Shown here: positions 17,689 to 27,413 of the stretch, one piece after another
How the letters are laid out: every line of letters begins with the position of its first letter
Position numbering within the stretch: the first letter of the stretch is position 1
Assembly (NCBI GenBank): GCA_017994615.1
Contig: JAGOKM010000001.1
Coordinates: 1 to 62,579 of the forward strand
Direction: 5' to 3'
Source of the DNA: Bacillota bacterium
GTDB taxonomy: Bacteria; Bacillota; DTU025; MWDF01
DNA: 62,579 bases
Notes under the pieces: generated by a model
Database searches by the model: none
Seen by the model: the letters and a program-made list of their open reading frames with translations, nothing else
Told to the model about the DNA's origin: nothing
Made by a program: the position numbers and the translations under genes

Positions 17689-18460
17689 CTTTTCTTTCCT
17701 CCCCTAGGTAGGCCTCGATAACTTTAGGGTCGTTCTGTATCTCCGAGGGGGTCCCGTGGGTCAGCAGCTTGCCGAAGTTGAGAACGTACATGCGCTCGCA
17801 GATGTTCATGATGACGTCCATGTGGTGCTCGATTATCAGTATAGTGGTGGAGAATTCGTTCTTCACCCTTCGTATGAATTCGATCAGGTCCGCGCATTCC
17901 TGCGGGTTCATGCCGGCTGCCGGCTCGTCTAATAGCAGCAACGATGGTCTCAGGGCCAGCGCCCTTGCAATCTCCACCCTCCTCTGCAGCCCGTAGGGCA
18001 GGCTTGCCGACATCTCGTCCTTCCTGTCCAGAAGGCCTACCATCTCCAGCAGCTTGAGGGATTCTTCGCGGCATTCCTTCTCCCTTCTCTCATAGAGCCC
18101 CGTATGCAGCAGGGAGTCGATTATGGAGTAGGGTATCCTGAGATGCCCGGCGGTCCTTATGTTGTCGTAGACGCTCAGGCCCTTAAACAGCCTTATGTTC
18201 TGGAACGTCCTTACTATGCCCAGCTCGGCCACCTGGTTGGGGCGCAGCTTCAGAAGGCTCCTGCCCTTGAACGTCATGCTCCCTGCGTCGGGGACGTACA
18301 CGCCGGTAATAAGGTTGAATACTGTGGTCTTGCCTGCGCCGTTAGGACCGATGAGGCCTACTATCTCGCCTTCGTCGACGTGGAGGCTGACGCTGTCGAC
18401 CGCAGTCAGCCCGCCGAACTTAATGGTGAGGTTCTCTACGTTGAAAAATGACATCGTCAT
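17675..18460 (-). CDS. livG: Branched-chain amino-acid ABC transporter ATP-binding protein LivG
   Basis: GPNGAGKTT, LPYGLQRRVEIARAL, LLLLDEPAAG. ATG at 18460 follows GGAGG and overlaps the livM stop. The ORF-track extension to 18634 is not credible. Confidence 0.85.
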   Translation of the reverse strand: MTMSFFNVENLTIKFGGLTAVDSVSLHVDEGEIVGLIGPNGAGKTTVFNLITGVYVPDAGSMTFKGRSLLKLRPNQVAELGIVRTFQNIRLFKGLSVYDNIRTAGHLRIPYSIIDSLLHTGLYERREKECREESLKLLEMVGLLDRKDEMSASLPYGLQRRVEIARALALRPSLLLLDEPAAGMNPQECADLIEFIRRVKNEFSTTILIIEHHMDVIMNICERMYVLNFGKLLTHGTPSEIQNDPKVIEAYLGEERKDAEN

Positions 18461-19464
18461 GCCTCCTTCCTTTGAAATCTCTTGAACAGCCTGGAGTTCA
18501 TCACGCCCTCCCACGTCAGCTCCTTTCGGCCGATCAGGCCCTGGGGCCGGGTGAGCATTATGACCAGGAACATGATTGCGTAGAACACGGTCCAGCCCTT
18601 CTTGACGAAAGCGCCGGCGGCTGCCATGCCCCATCCGGTAAGCAGCGTGGCCCCGTTCCTGAATATCTCGGGCAGCAGCGTGATGCCCAGGGCGCCGGCC
18701 AAAGATCCCGTGAGGCTTCCTATGCCGCCCAGGATGACCATGGAGATGACCTCCACTGTTTTCTGGTAGTTGAAGATGTCCGGGTGCAGGTACATCATGT
18801 AATGCCCTATGAGGGCGCCGCCTATGCCGGCGAAGAACGATGAAATGACGAACGCCATGACCTTGAAAGTCGTAGTGTCGATGCCGACCGAGCGGGCGGC
18901 TATCTCATCCTCCTTGACAGAGACGAAGGACCTGCCGTGCTTGGAGTTGACCAGGTTCGTCACCAACCAGATTGTTATGACGAGGATGGTCGACACAACG
19001 GGCAGGGTAGATTCAAACGGGACGCCTGCAAGGCCGAGGCCTCCTCCGGTCAGCTTCACTGTGTTGTTCAGTATCGCGGTTATTATGTACTGGAAGCCCA
19101 GGGTAACCACCGAGAGGTAGTCGCCGACAAGCCTCAGCGACGGGAAGCCGATGAGGAACCCGGCAAGCCCTGAGAGTGTGCCCCCCGCAAGCAGCGACGG
19201 AAGGAACGGCCAGCCCGCCTTCATCATGAGTATCGCCGAGGTATAGGCACCAAGGGCCATGAAACCGGCATGTCCCATACTGAACTGCCCCGTGAAACCC
19301 GCGACCAGGTTCCAGCTGATCGCCAGTATGGCGTTTATGCAGAATATGGTCATTATGCCTATGGGATAGGCCTGAAGGTTTGCCTTCAGCACCGTAGAAA
19401 GGCCCCATGCCGCGATGACCTGGATTATCAACGTCGCGAACCTCTTTGCAAATCCAGTGCTCAT
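18457..19464 (-). CDS. livM: Branched-chain amino-acid ABC transporter permease LivM
   Basis: 335-aa polytopic permease located between livH and livG. Confidence 0.8.
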   Translation of the reverse strand: MSTGFAKRFATLIIQVIAAWGLSTVLKANLQAYPIGIMTIFCINAILAISWNLVAGFTGQFSMGHAGFMALGAYTSAILMMKAGWPFLPSLLAGGTLSGLAGFLIGFPSLRLVGDYLSVVTLGFQYIITAILNNTVKLTGGGLGLAGVPFESTLPVVSTILVITIWLVTNLVNSKHGRSFVSVKEDEIAARSVGIDTTTFKVMAFVISSFFAGIGGALIGHYMMYLHPDIFNYQKTVEVISMVILGGIGSLTGSLAGALGITLLPEIFRNGATLLTGWGMAAAGAFVKKGWTVFYAIMFLVIMLTRPQGLIGRKELTWEGVMNSRLFKRFQRKEA

Positions 19465-19468
19465 GCCG

Positions 19469-20350
19469 TCACACCTTCTCTTTCGTGCCCTTGCCGAAAA
19501 GCCCGGACGGCTTGAACAGCAACACTAGCACCAGAAGTATGAAAGCTATCGCGTCCTTGAAGTTGGATGATATATAGCCGGCCCCGAAGGTCTCCAGGAA
19601 GCCTATGAGGTATCCTCCGATGTAGGCCCCCTGTATGCTGCCTATCCCGCCCAGGACCGCAGCGGAGAAGGACTTGAGCCCGAATAGCCCTCCCAGCGAC
19701 GGGCTCACGCTGAACTTCATCCCTATCAGAAGGCCCGCCGTGCTCGCCATCACGCCTGCGAGGAAGAAGGTGACCGATATGGCCCCGTTGACGTTTATGC
19801 CCATGAGCGAAGCCGCGTCGCGGTCCATCGACACAGCCTTTATGGAAAGCCCGGTGAGCGTCCTATTAACGAAGAACCAAAGCGCCAGCATCAGGATGAC
19901 CGCCCCTACTACCAGGAATATGTCTACGGGGGGGATGAGGACCTGCCCCAGCTCTATGGGTATGCCGGACAGTATGCGAGGGTAGATGTGGTAGTCGGCG
20001 GAGAAATACACCACGATGGAGTTCTCCACCAGCAGCGAGATGCCGATCGATGTGATCAGCATGTTCAGGCGCGGCGCGTTCTTTACTCGCAGCTGCCTGT
20101 ATATCTTCTGTTCCGTGAGCATCGAAAAGAGCCCAGAAAGCACCATGCTGGCCCCCATCGCCACCGGGAAGGGCACTACCTTCTGGAGCGCTATTACCAG
20201 CGCTATGTATGCCCCCAGAGTCAATATGGACCCATGGGCGAAGTTGATGAACTTCAAAACCCCGAACACCAGGGTGTAGCCGACCGCCACCAGCGCGTAG
20301 ACGCTGCCTATGGACAGCCCGTTCCATAACTGCTGAAGAAACTCTCCCAT
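19469..20350 (-). CDS. livH: Branched-chain amino-acid ABC transporter permease LivH
   Basis: N-terminus MGEFLQQLWNGLSIGSVYALVAVGYTLVFG is typical of LivH. Confidence 0.85.
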   Translation of the reverse strand: MGEFLQQLWNGLSIGSVYALVAVGYTLVFGVLKFINFAHGSILTLGAYIALVIALQKVVPFPVAMGASMVLSGLFSMLTEQKIYRQLRVKNAPRLNMLITSIGISLLVENSIVVYFSADYHIYPRILSGIPIELGQVLIPPVDIFLVVGAVILMLALWFFVNRTLTGLSIKAVSMDRDAASLMGINVNGAISVTFFLAGVMASTAGLLIGMKFSVSPSLGGLFGLKSFSAAVLGGIGSIQGAYIGGYLIGFLETFGAGYISSNFKDAIAFILLVLVLLFKPSGLFGKGTKEKV

Positions 20351-20484
20351 CCAATCCCTCCTTCCAGTGCAAGCAGCCTGTCATGCGCCCATCGAAGCAT
20401 CATGAGGGAGAATGCGTCCAATAATCGTATCGTTGGCTTTTCAACCGAACCGGGAAACGCCCTTCATGCGCCGATTACAGGAAA

Positions 20485-20518
20485 GTGCCCTGCGGCTTGT
20501 CACCCGGCCGCAGGGCAC
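20485..20518 (-). terminator. Intra-operon hairpin between livJ and livH (attenuating terminator/processing stem)
   Basis: Perfect 12-bp stem GTGCCCTGCGGC/GCCGCAGGGCAC with a 10-nt loop. On the transcribed strand it is followed by TTTCCTG. Confidence 0.5.
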
Positions 20519-20544
20519 GGCTGGGAATATCGTACGGCCTGCTT

Positions 20545-21741
20545 TTACGGTTTGACCTTGGCGACGAAGGTGAACCCGCTGCCGTCCGCCTTGACTTTTG
20601 CCACCAGCACCGGCTTGTCCAGCGGATTGTGCGTCTTCGGGTCCATCGTGAAGGTCCCCGAGGGCACAGAGACGTCCTTGATGTTCTCTATCGCCGTCCT
20701 TATGGCCTCCGGATCTGTGCTGCCTGCCTTCTTTATTGCCTCGGCGAGGACGATCATGGCTTCATATGAGAAGCATGCATTGGAGTTGGGCTCCGAATTG
20801 AACTGCTTCACATATTTCTGCGCGAAGGCCAACGCCTTCGGATCCGGGTCGTCGTCGACGTAAAGCGTGGTGAAGTACAGGTTCTTCAAAGCTTCAGCCC
20901 CTGCGATCTCGATGATCTTCTGCGCATGGGTCGAGTCTCCGCCTACGAACGGGATGCTCGACATGCCAAGCTCCATCATCTGGCGCAGGATAAGGCCGTT
21001 GGCGTCATAGGTGTTGGGCCCGATTATGACTTCGGGCTTTAGGCCCTTCAGCTTAGTGAGCTGGGGCTTGAAGTCCTGGGTGAGGTCCGGGAAGGTCTCT
21101 TCGCCTACTATCGTCCCGCCCAGCTGCAGGAAACGCTCCTTGAAATACTGGGAAAGCCCCTTGCTGTAGTCCTGAGCGATGTTGTATAGCAAGGCGGCCT
21201 TGGTCTTCTTCAGCGTGTTGAAAGCGAAGTTGGCCATGACCGTGCCCTGTACTGAGTCGATGAAGCAGGCGCGGAAATAATAGGGGTTGAGCTTCGTCGT
21301 GTCGTTGGGGTCCTTCACGACGTTGGGGTTGGTGCTTGTGGGCGCTATTGCTGGGCGCTTCAGCTCCATCAGGACGGGGCCTGCCGCAATCGAGTTGGAG
21401 CTTGCGATCTCGCCCAACAGCGCGACCACCTTGTCCTGTTCGATCAGCTTGCGGACCACGTTGGGCACGTTCACCTTGTTGGACTGCGTGTCTTCGTAGA
21501 CAAGCTCGATTTTCATTCCGAGCACGCCACCGGCTGCGTTGATGTCCATCACCGCAAGGTCCGTTCCGTTCTTGTTGTACTGGCCTTTGGCTGCGTTGGA
21601 GCCTGTGAGAGGGTAGAAACAGCCGATCTTTATCGTCTTTTCGGCTGCGGATCCCACAAGGACTGTCGCCATTAGAGTGAGGACCACCAGGGTTAAGGTC
21701 GCCATTCTGCGGAAGCCTTTGCCTTTGAGAACGTTAATCAA
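20545..21741 (-). CDS. livJ: Branched-chain amino-acid ABC transporter substrate-binding protein
   Basis: Signal peptide; KIGCFYPLTGSNAAKGQ... type I periplasmic binding protein (LivJ/K-like). TTG start follows GGAGGTG. Confidence 0.8.
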   Translation of the reverse strand: MINVLKGKGFRRMATLTLVVLTLMATVLVGSAAEKTIKIGCFYPLTGSNAAKGQYNKNGTDLAVMDINAAGGVLGMKIELVYEDTQSNKVNVPNVVRKLIEQDKVVALLGEIASSNSIAAGPVLMELKRPAIAPTSTNPNVVKDPNDTTKLNPYYFRACFIDSVQGTVMANFAFNTLKKTKAALLYNIAQDYSKGLSQYFKERFLQLGGTIVGEETFPDLTQDFKPQLTKLKGLKPEVIIGPNTYDANGLILRQMMELGMSSIPFVGGDSTHAQKIIEIAGAEALKNLYFTTLYVDDDPDPKALAFAQKYVKQFNSEPNSNACFSYEAMIVLAEAIKKAGSTDPEAIRTAIENIKDVSVPSGTFTMDPKTHNPLDKPVLVAKVKADGSGFTFVAKVKP

Positions 21742-22010
21742 GATGCCACCTCCATGTCCTTGGACATTACTTAGTACATCCGTGCGGAGAATAAGCCTTT
21801 GCGTTGCCGGACAATATCAGGTCGCCTCGAAGACCGGAACCTTGGCAGGGTCGCCCTTCGCAGTTCACTCCTTTCGTAATGTCGATATTGTGATATGTCA
21901 GCACGATTGTCAGCCCAATATGTCTTCTATGCAGATGTGCCGGTTTCCTCCGGGAGCATCAGAAAAAAGGCATATTTGATGGCCAGGGTGTATTCAGTCC
22001 GCCGGGAATA

Positions 22011-22040
22011 TGAAAACCCGGGCTGTCATGCCCGGGTTTG
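22011..22040 (-). terminator. Intrinsic terminator after the 403-aa secreted protein gene
   Basis: AAACCCGGGC/GCCCGGGTTT 10-bp stem, 6-nt loop, then UUUUCAUAUU on the minus-strand transcript. Confidence 0.7.
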
Positions 22041-22065
22041 GGATTGACCGGCGTTGGGCCTGCGA

Positions 22066-23277
22066 CTATCTGAGGAACCATTCCGATTTCTGCGAAGTGC
22101 CCGTCATAGGGTCGATTATCTTGTCTTCCATCCAGTAGACCAGTATCCCGTCGCCCGATCTGTATATCCATGCCCTCTTGTAGTTCCTGCCGAACTCGAA
22201 TATCGCTATCCTGTTGCTGTTGTCGGCGCCCTTGCCGATGTAGCTGACCTCAAGGATGCTGTTTGTTATGGGATCCTTGTCGATCACCTGGCCCTCCTTG
22301 AGGCCGGCAAGATAACCGACAGGAAGCCAGAAAGAGCCCCCCAGCTGGGCGACGCCTATATAGACCCTGTTGTCGTACACTTCCTTTTCGGAATAGACGC
22401 GGTTAAGATTGGCCTGCACGTACCTTTTATCGACCAGTTCCAGGTTCAGCAGCATTAGGGCGGGGACCGAAAGCCCCGGGCCCGTCTTCTGGTTCCATGT
22501 CTGTATGTTCCCGTCATAGGAAAGCTTTAAGCCGGGCTTTGCAAAGGCTGGCAAAGCCTGCGTCGCCCAAGGGGTGCTCATGTACCTCATGGAATAGAAC
22601 TCCGCCGCGGTGAACTCAATCTCCGCATCGGCCTTAGGCCTGGAAATCCTCGCGCTGTAGAGCATGAGCCCCGTGGATTTGTCCACTATCCATGTGTAAT
22701 AGACTCCGGATTTTGCCCTGTCGTAGTAGTCAAGCCTCACAGCCTGGTATTCGACGTCCAGGATCTTCCATGCCATTTCCGTCATGTTGATGCCGGCTCC
22801 GTCGGTCGTCTTCGGCTTCAGCAGGTTCGGGTGGATCCAGAAAGACCCCATGCCGCCGGCCGAAATCTCGCTGTAGTCGTCCCATGGCATCATGAGCATG
22901 TCTACGAAGACCGTGCTGTAGCTGGTGACCTTCTTCGCAGACACAGAGGTGATGTCAGTCCTTAGTATGAAAGGCGACAGCGAAAGGTCCTCGGGCTTGA
23001 TAAGCGGCGTCTCGGAAAGGTCCGATATGGGCTGCGATACCGACTTCGGGAGCTTCCCCGAGGAGCTCCTGTAATATACCCGCAAGCCCTCCTTGAGCCA
23101 GGCAGGGGAGGGCAGCGATTCGACCTGGGGCAATATGCCAGTGAGGAAGTCGCCCGCCATGGGAGACGAGCCTTCGCCTGCCTCCCGGGGCGCCGCCACG
23201 ACTGGGGCCGTCGCAGCTGAAAGCAACATCAAAGCCGCGATTATGACGAAGATACCGTTCCGCGCCGGGGTTTGCAT
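22066..23277 (-). CDS. Secreted protein of unknown function with internal two-module duplication
   Basis: Signal peptide (…SAATAPVVAAP). GSFWIHPNLLKP and GSFWLPVGYLAGLK, each followed by a ...Y..D..SG/DG-hydrophobic-W..D block. No recognisable catalytic motif. GGAGGAA RBS. Confidence 0.6.
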   Translation of the reverse strand: MQTPARNGIFVIIAALMLLSAATAPVVAAPREAGEGSSPMAGDFLTGILPQVESLPSPAWLKEGLRVYYRSSSGKLPKSVSQPISDLSETPLIKPEDLSLSPFILRTDITSVSAKKVTSYSTVFVDMLMMPWDDYSEISAGGMGSFWIHPNLLKPKTTDGAGINMTEMAWKILDVEYQAVRLDYYDRAKSGVYYTWIVDKSTGLMLYSARISRPKADAEIEFTAAEFYSMRYMSTPWATQALPAFAKPGLKLSYDGNIQTWNQKTGPGLSVPALMLLNLELVDKRYVQANLNRVYSEKEVYDNRVYIGVAQLGGSFWLPVGYLAGLKEGQVIDKDPITNSILEVSYIGKGADNSNRIAIFEFGRNYKRAWIYRSGDGILVYWMEDKIIDPMTGTSQKSEWFLR

Positions 23278-23417
23278 CCAGCATTCCTCCAGAGCCGCTG
23301 TGCAGGATAAGCACCGGCGGCAAAGAATATTACCAAGTAAGAGTCTACCTATAACATATTACGTCAAAAAACCGTAAAACCTTCCAACTCGGATGGAAAA
23401 AAGCCGGAGGCTTGCAA

Positions 23418-25310
23418 ATGTGGCCCTACATCAGAAGGCATATCTTGATATCTCTGCTCCTATCGGCATTGGTCTTCTTCCCGGGGTGCGTACCGCAGGA
23501 GACATGCATGGTGGTAATCTACGGAAGCGTCACGGCCTCCTCAACGGGCTCAGGTGTGCCAGGGGTCGGCATAAAAGTGGAGGAGAAGGGCATCTCAGCT
23601 TTAAGCGACGCGGCAGGGGGCTTTGAGACCGCGCGGTTCGGCATGAAGCCGGGCAGGCTTACCGTCACCTTCAGCAAGGCAGGTTACCTCGACGTAATAA
23701 AGCAGGTGCCTGTAAGCACAAGCGGATGGATACAGGTCGATGCGACATTGTTCCCGGAATCGAAAGGCCGAGCCCTTGTGGACTTCGAGTTCACGCTGGT
23801 AAACGACTATGAAGCGGGCACTTTCCTGGGTGATTACGACATACCGGTCCCAACGGCTGCTCTTTCTTATGCATCCGCACAGGCACCGGTCGAAGCCGAT
23901 GGCGTGGTCATATACCCGGCAAGGGGTACGGGCTTCGGGACGAGCATGGAGTCCCTCGCCTCCTACAAAGCCAGGGTCATAGAATCGGATCCTGTTGCAG
24001 GTTATATGCTGGTCGGAGTGCCGGAGGGCAAGGACGCCGAAGGCTTCTCAAGGGAGCTGATGAGCCAGCCATGGGTGGACTTCGCCGAACCAGACTATGT
24101 ATGCTTCCCGCTCGGTGGATACGTCCCGGACGATTTCCTGTGGCCCATGCAGTGGGGGCCGAGGATGGTGAGCATGCACAGGGCATGGGAGTACGGCTTC
24201 TCCGCAGATCCCGTTACGATAGCCGTCATTGACACTGGCGTGTTCGCGGGACATCCTGACCTGGCCGGCAGGTGCCTTCCGATGCTCAACACCATAAATT
24301 CAGACATGACTGACAACAGCGGGCACGGCACGCATGTCGCAGGGATAATCGGCGCCTCGATGGACAACATCGAAGGTGTGGCGGGGGTGAACAAAGCTGC
24401 GGCCATCCTCCCCGTCAAGGCCCTTGAGAAGACAGGGCTCATCACGTCCGGCACCATGACAAGCGTTTCCAGAGGGGTGAGGCAGGCTGCGGAAAACGGC
24501 GCAGATGTCATAAACATGAGCCTCGGATGGCCGCTCATCTATTCCGACTGCGCCTTCAGGCTGCTGAAAGAGGCGCTGGACTATGCCGATTCGATGGGCA
24601 TCGCGCTTGTGGCCGCATCAGGGAACGACGGCTCGGCCACGGACCTTACCATGCCTGCCAAGTATGACAAGTGCTTCGCGGTGTCAGCGGTGGGCCCGTT
24701 CTATTCTCCCCCTTCCTATGCCAACACAGGGCCGGGCACGGACATATTCGCACCCGGCGGAGGAAGCGGCGTGCAGTCCATAGTAAGCACCGTGCCTTAC
24801 ACGAAAAGTCCTAGCGGATATGCGAGGATGGCCGGCACTTCGATGGCAGCGCCGCACCTTTCCGCGATAATGGGGGCGCTCATCGCTGATGGGTTGACCG
24901 TAGACGGCGCCAAGTCGGCAATACTTGCCTCGTCCCAGTACATAGAGGGCTACGATACGGGACTGGTCAACGCATACGCAGCCCTTGCGGGCGCCAGGGG
25001 GGGCCGGGCCATATTCTGGCTGTGCGACGACGAGGGGATGCCGCTGACCGACGCGTTCAGGGGATCAGACGGCTCGAGGGACATGACGGTCTTCGGGGAA
25101 TACGAGGGGCGCGCATGGGTTTGCGGCTGGATAGGTCTTACAGGGGCGGAAGAACCGCGATACGGAGACTTCCTGGGGTTGGCCGAGGTCTACATAGAAA
25201 GCGGGACGACCGCCGAATTGCCATCCATGCTAAGGTTGAGCTTCTATGAGCCTGCGGCCTTGGGCCAGGTTGATATAAAACTCGTGCCGGCCGTCAAGGA
25301 GATGCGGTAG
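23418..25310 (+). CDS. S8 subtilisin-like serine protease lipoprotein with N-terminal carboxypeptidase-regulatory-like domain
   Basis: Lipobox-like FFPGC. Asp box AVIDTGV, His box HGTHVAGII, Ser box GTSMAAPH. ATG at 23418 lies 7 nt after GGAGG. Confidence 0.85.
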   Translation: MWPYIRRHILISLLLSALVFFPGCVPQETCMVVIYGSVTASSTGSGVPGVGIKVEEKGISALSDAAGGFETARFGMKPGRLTVTFSKAGYLDVIKQVPVSTSGWIQVDATLFPESKGRALVDFEFTLVNDYEAGTFLGDYDIPVPTAALSYASAQAPVEADGVVIYPARGTGFGTSMESLASYKARVIESDPVAGYMLVGVPEGKDAEGFSRELMSQPWVDFAEPDYVCFPLGGYVPDDFLWPMQWGPRMVSMHRAWEYGFSADPVTIAVIDTGVFAGHPDLAGRCLPMLNTINSDMTDNSGHGTHVAGIIGASMDNIEGVAGVNKAAAILPVKALEKTGLITSGTMTSVSRGVRQAAENGADVINMSLGWPLIYSDCAFRLLKEALDYADSMGIALVAASGNDGSATDLTMPAKYDKCFAVSAVGPFYSPPSYANTGPGTDIFAPGGGSGVQSIVSTVPYTKSPSGYARMAGTSMAAPHLSAIMGALIADGLTVDGAKSAILASSQYIEGYDTGLVNAYAALAGARGGRAIFWLCDDEGMPLTDAFRGSDGSRDMTVFGEYEGRAWVCGWIGLTGAEEPRYGDFLGLAEVYIESGTTAELPSMLRLSFYEPAALGQVDIKLVPAVKEMR

Positions 25311-25377
25311 GATTGTCTTGAACAAAGGTTTATAAGGGACGTCAGATAAGTAGGCCATCAAGATTGGGGGTCATCCT

Positions 25378-27279
25378 ATGAGAAGGTTCGTTGCAGGAGC
25401 TGTCCTGATGATTGTCCTTGTAACATTGACGGGATGCTTCGAAAAGACATACACGCTGACCATAAGCGGTTTTGTCAAGGAGAGCCTGACCTTTGTCCCC
25501 TTGCCGTCGGCTTCTGTTTATTTCTCTATTTCCGGAGTAAACAAGGGCAGCGGAGTGACTAACAGCTCAGGCGCCTACAGCGTGACGATAAGCGGCGTGA
25601 AGATGGCCGACGAGATAGACTACTATGCCTCGAAGGCCGGGTACATCGACGAAAACGGCATGTTCGTTTTCAACGGCGACACGTCGGTCAACGTCGACTT
25701 ATTCATGGATAAGGCGGTACCTGAGGATATATCTGTCAGCGGATATGCGACCCTGATGAACCTGACGCCGCCTGCCGGCTCGATAAGCAGCGTCTCAAGG
25801 GTCTCATCCGTGAAACAGGCGGTGGCCCCTGAGCCGACACAGGTGATCATATCACCCAAGGCAAGCGCCAAGCTGGACAGGATTGAAGGATTCCTGCTGG
25901 AAAAGGGCACGAAGATAAATGAGCTCCATTTCGACATGAACGTCATACTGGCGGACGTGCCCAAGGGGATGGACATCGAGGAGTTCATAAGACAGATAGA
26001 GGCCGAGGGCTGGGCCAACTATGTGGAGCCCAACAGCTATGCGCTTCCCACCGCGACGAAAGTCATCCCGAACGACACCTATTTCTCGGGATTTCAGTGG
26101 AATATGTACGCAACAAGCATGCCTTACGTGTGGGGGATGGGGGCTTTCGGGTCCGCCATGACAGTCGCCGTCATAGATTCGGGCATTGACGTGTCCCATC
26201 CGGACCTCGCGGGAAGGCTGTTGCCTCCGATAGATACGGTATATCCGCCCAGCAGCCCCAATTATTGTGTAGACCTTCTGGGTCATGGGACACATGTGGC
26301 CGGAATAATCGGCGCCATAGTCAACAACAGCAGCTACATTGCCGGGATGAACAACCTGAGCGTCTTAATCCAGCCGATCAAGGCCTATACCGACGGAAGC
26401 GGCTTCACCGCCTTGGATATAGCCGAAGCCATCGACGCTGCGATAGGAGCAGGCGCAGACGTGATCAACATGAGCCTGGGCTGGTCGGACGGGGCATATG
26501 ACTCTACGGTCGCGGCCGCTGTACAAAGGGCATATGATGCAGGTATAGCGATAATTGCCGCAGCGGGCAACAATGCCCCGTTCGTAGTTGATTTCCCTGC
26601 CAACCTGCCGAATGTGATTGCCGTATCCGCTGTGGACAGCACGCTCTCGATATCGAACTTCTCCAATTACGGACCCGAGGTAGATTTCGCAGCTCCAGGC
26701 GGCAGCACAATAGCCGGCAGCGGCGAGTACGTATACAGCACATATCCGATGGCCATGGGAGGGGTGGGCGGCCTTGCGGGGACCTCCCAAGCCTCGCCGC
26801 ATGTAGCTGCCCTTATAGCCATGTTGAGGTCCAGGAGCGCGACCAGGGACGAGGCCTTAGCCGCGATGCGCTACACCGCCCAGCTGGACGAAATGAACCC
26901 GAACTATTATGGAAGCGGGCTTATCAACGCCTACGCGGCCGTGAACGATTACTCGATGGACAATGCGGTAATCTATATCACCAATACGGCGAACACCGAA
27001 ATTGTATACAACATAGGGCTGGCTGCGCTCGACCGGAGCTTCAACGCCGTGCTCCCGGATACCGTCACCAGCGGCACTTATAACCTTTGGGGCTGGATGG
27101 ACTGCGATTCGAGCACAAACATCTCATACGGGGATTATCTGGGATATATGACGGTGACGCTCAGCCCGGGTGCAAACGTGCTTGATGAAGTGCTCAAGAT
27201 GAACCTTTATGAAGATCCTGCGGCGCCGACTTCAAGAACAAACTCCATACCGAAGAACCTGCCGGTTCCGAAGCTCTGA
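25378..27279 (+). CDS. S8 subtilisin-like serine protease lipoprotein (paralogue of the upstream gene)
   Basis: Lipobox LTGC. AVIDSGID, HGTHVAGII, GTSQASPHVA. Same domain order as 23418-25310. Confidence 0.85.
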   Translation: MRRFVAGAVLMIVLVTLTGCFEKTYTLTISGFVKESLTFVPLPSASVYFSISGVNKGSGVTNSSGAYSVTISGVKMADEIDYYASKAGYIDENGMFVFNGDTSVNVDLFMDKAVPEDISVSGYATLMNLTPPAGSISSVSRVSSVKQAVAPEPTQVIISPKASAKLDRIEGFLLEKGTKINELHFDMNVILADVPKGMDIEEFIRQIEAEGWANYVEPNSYALPTATKVIPNDTYFSGFQWNMYATSMPYVWGMGAFGSAMTVAVIDSGIDVSHPDLAGRLLPPIDTVYPPSSPNYCVDLLGHGTHVAGIIGAIVNNSSYIAGMNNLSVLIQPIKAYTDGSGFTALDIAEAIDAAIGAGADVINMSLGWSDGAYDSTVAAAVQRAYDAGIAIIAAAGNNAPFVVDFPANLPNVIAVSAVDSTLSISNFSNYGPEVDFAAPGGSTIAGSGEYVYSTYPMAMGGVGGLAGTSQASPHVAALIAMLRSRSATRDEALAAMRYTAQLDEMNPNYYGSGLINAYAAVNDYSMDNAVIYITNTANTEIVYNIGLAALDRSFNAVLPDTVTSGTYNLWGWMDCDSSTNISYGDYLGYMTVTLSPGANVLDEVLKMNLYEDPAAPTSRTNSIPKNLPVPKL

Positions 27280-27291
27280 CGGCTCAGAAGC

Positions 27292-27331
27292 AGAACCCGG
27301 GCGTCACGCAATGTGAGCCCGGGTTCTTTTC
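27292..27331 (+). terminator. Intrinsic terminator after the second S8 protease gene
   Basis: AGAACCCGGGC/GCCCGGGTTCT 11-bp stem followed by TTTC. Confidence 0.7.
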
Positions 27332-27372
27332 TAGACCGACAAAAACTGTTTCCCTGACATGAATAGCAATTA

Positions 27373-27402
27373 TTGCGAATTCCCAAACCTTGTGGCTATA
27401 AT
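27373..27402 (+). promoter_or_regulatory. Sigma70-type promoter of tRNA-Gly
   Basis: TTGCGA (27373-27378), 18-nt spacer, TATAAT (27397-27402), 11 nt before the tRNA 5' end. Confidence 0.6.
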
Positions 27403-27413
27403 ATCTCTTGCGA

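Noticed and set aside
18461-18634. The N-terminal 58-aa extension of the livG ORF.
   Set aside because: The extension overlaps the end of livM and is Arg/Gly/Pro-rich. A GGAGG-ATG at 18460 gives the canonical LivG N-terminus.
21742-22010. The roughly 270-nt region upstream of livJ, examined for a T-box, leader peptide or known riboswitch.
   Set aside because: I recognised no specifier/T-box sequence and no conserved aptamer blocks. Only a plausible CTGACA-N17-CAATAT promoter and a small hairpin (ATGTCC/GGACAT) before the RBS are visible. That is not enough evidence for a regulatory RNA.
22014-27327. Two hairpins sharing the AACCCGGGC...GCCCGGGTT arms (22014-22039 and 27292-27327), considered as a possible REP-like repeat family.
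   Set aside because: There are only two copies. Both sit exactly where intrinsic terminators are expected and are followed by U-tracts. Their loops and flanks differ. The shared arm is a short GC-rich palindrome that can arise independently.
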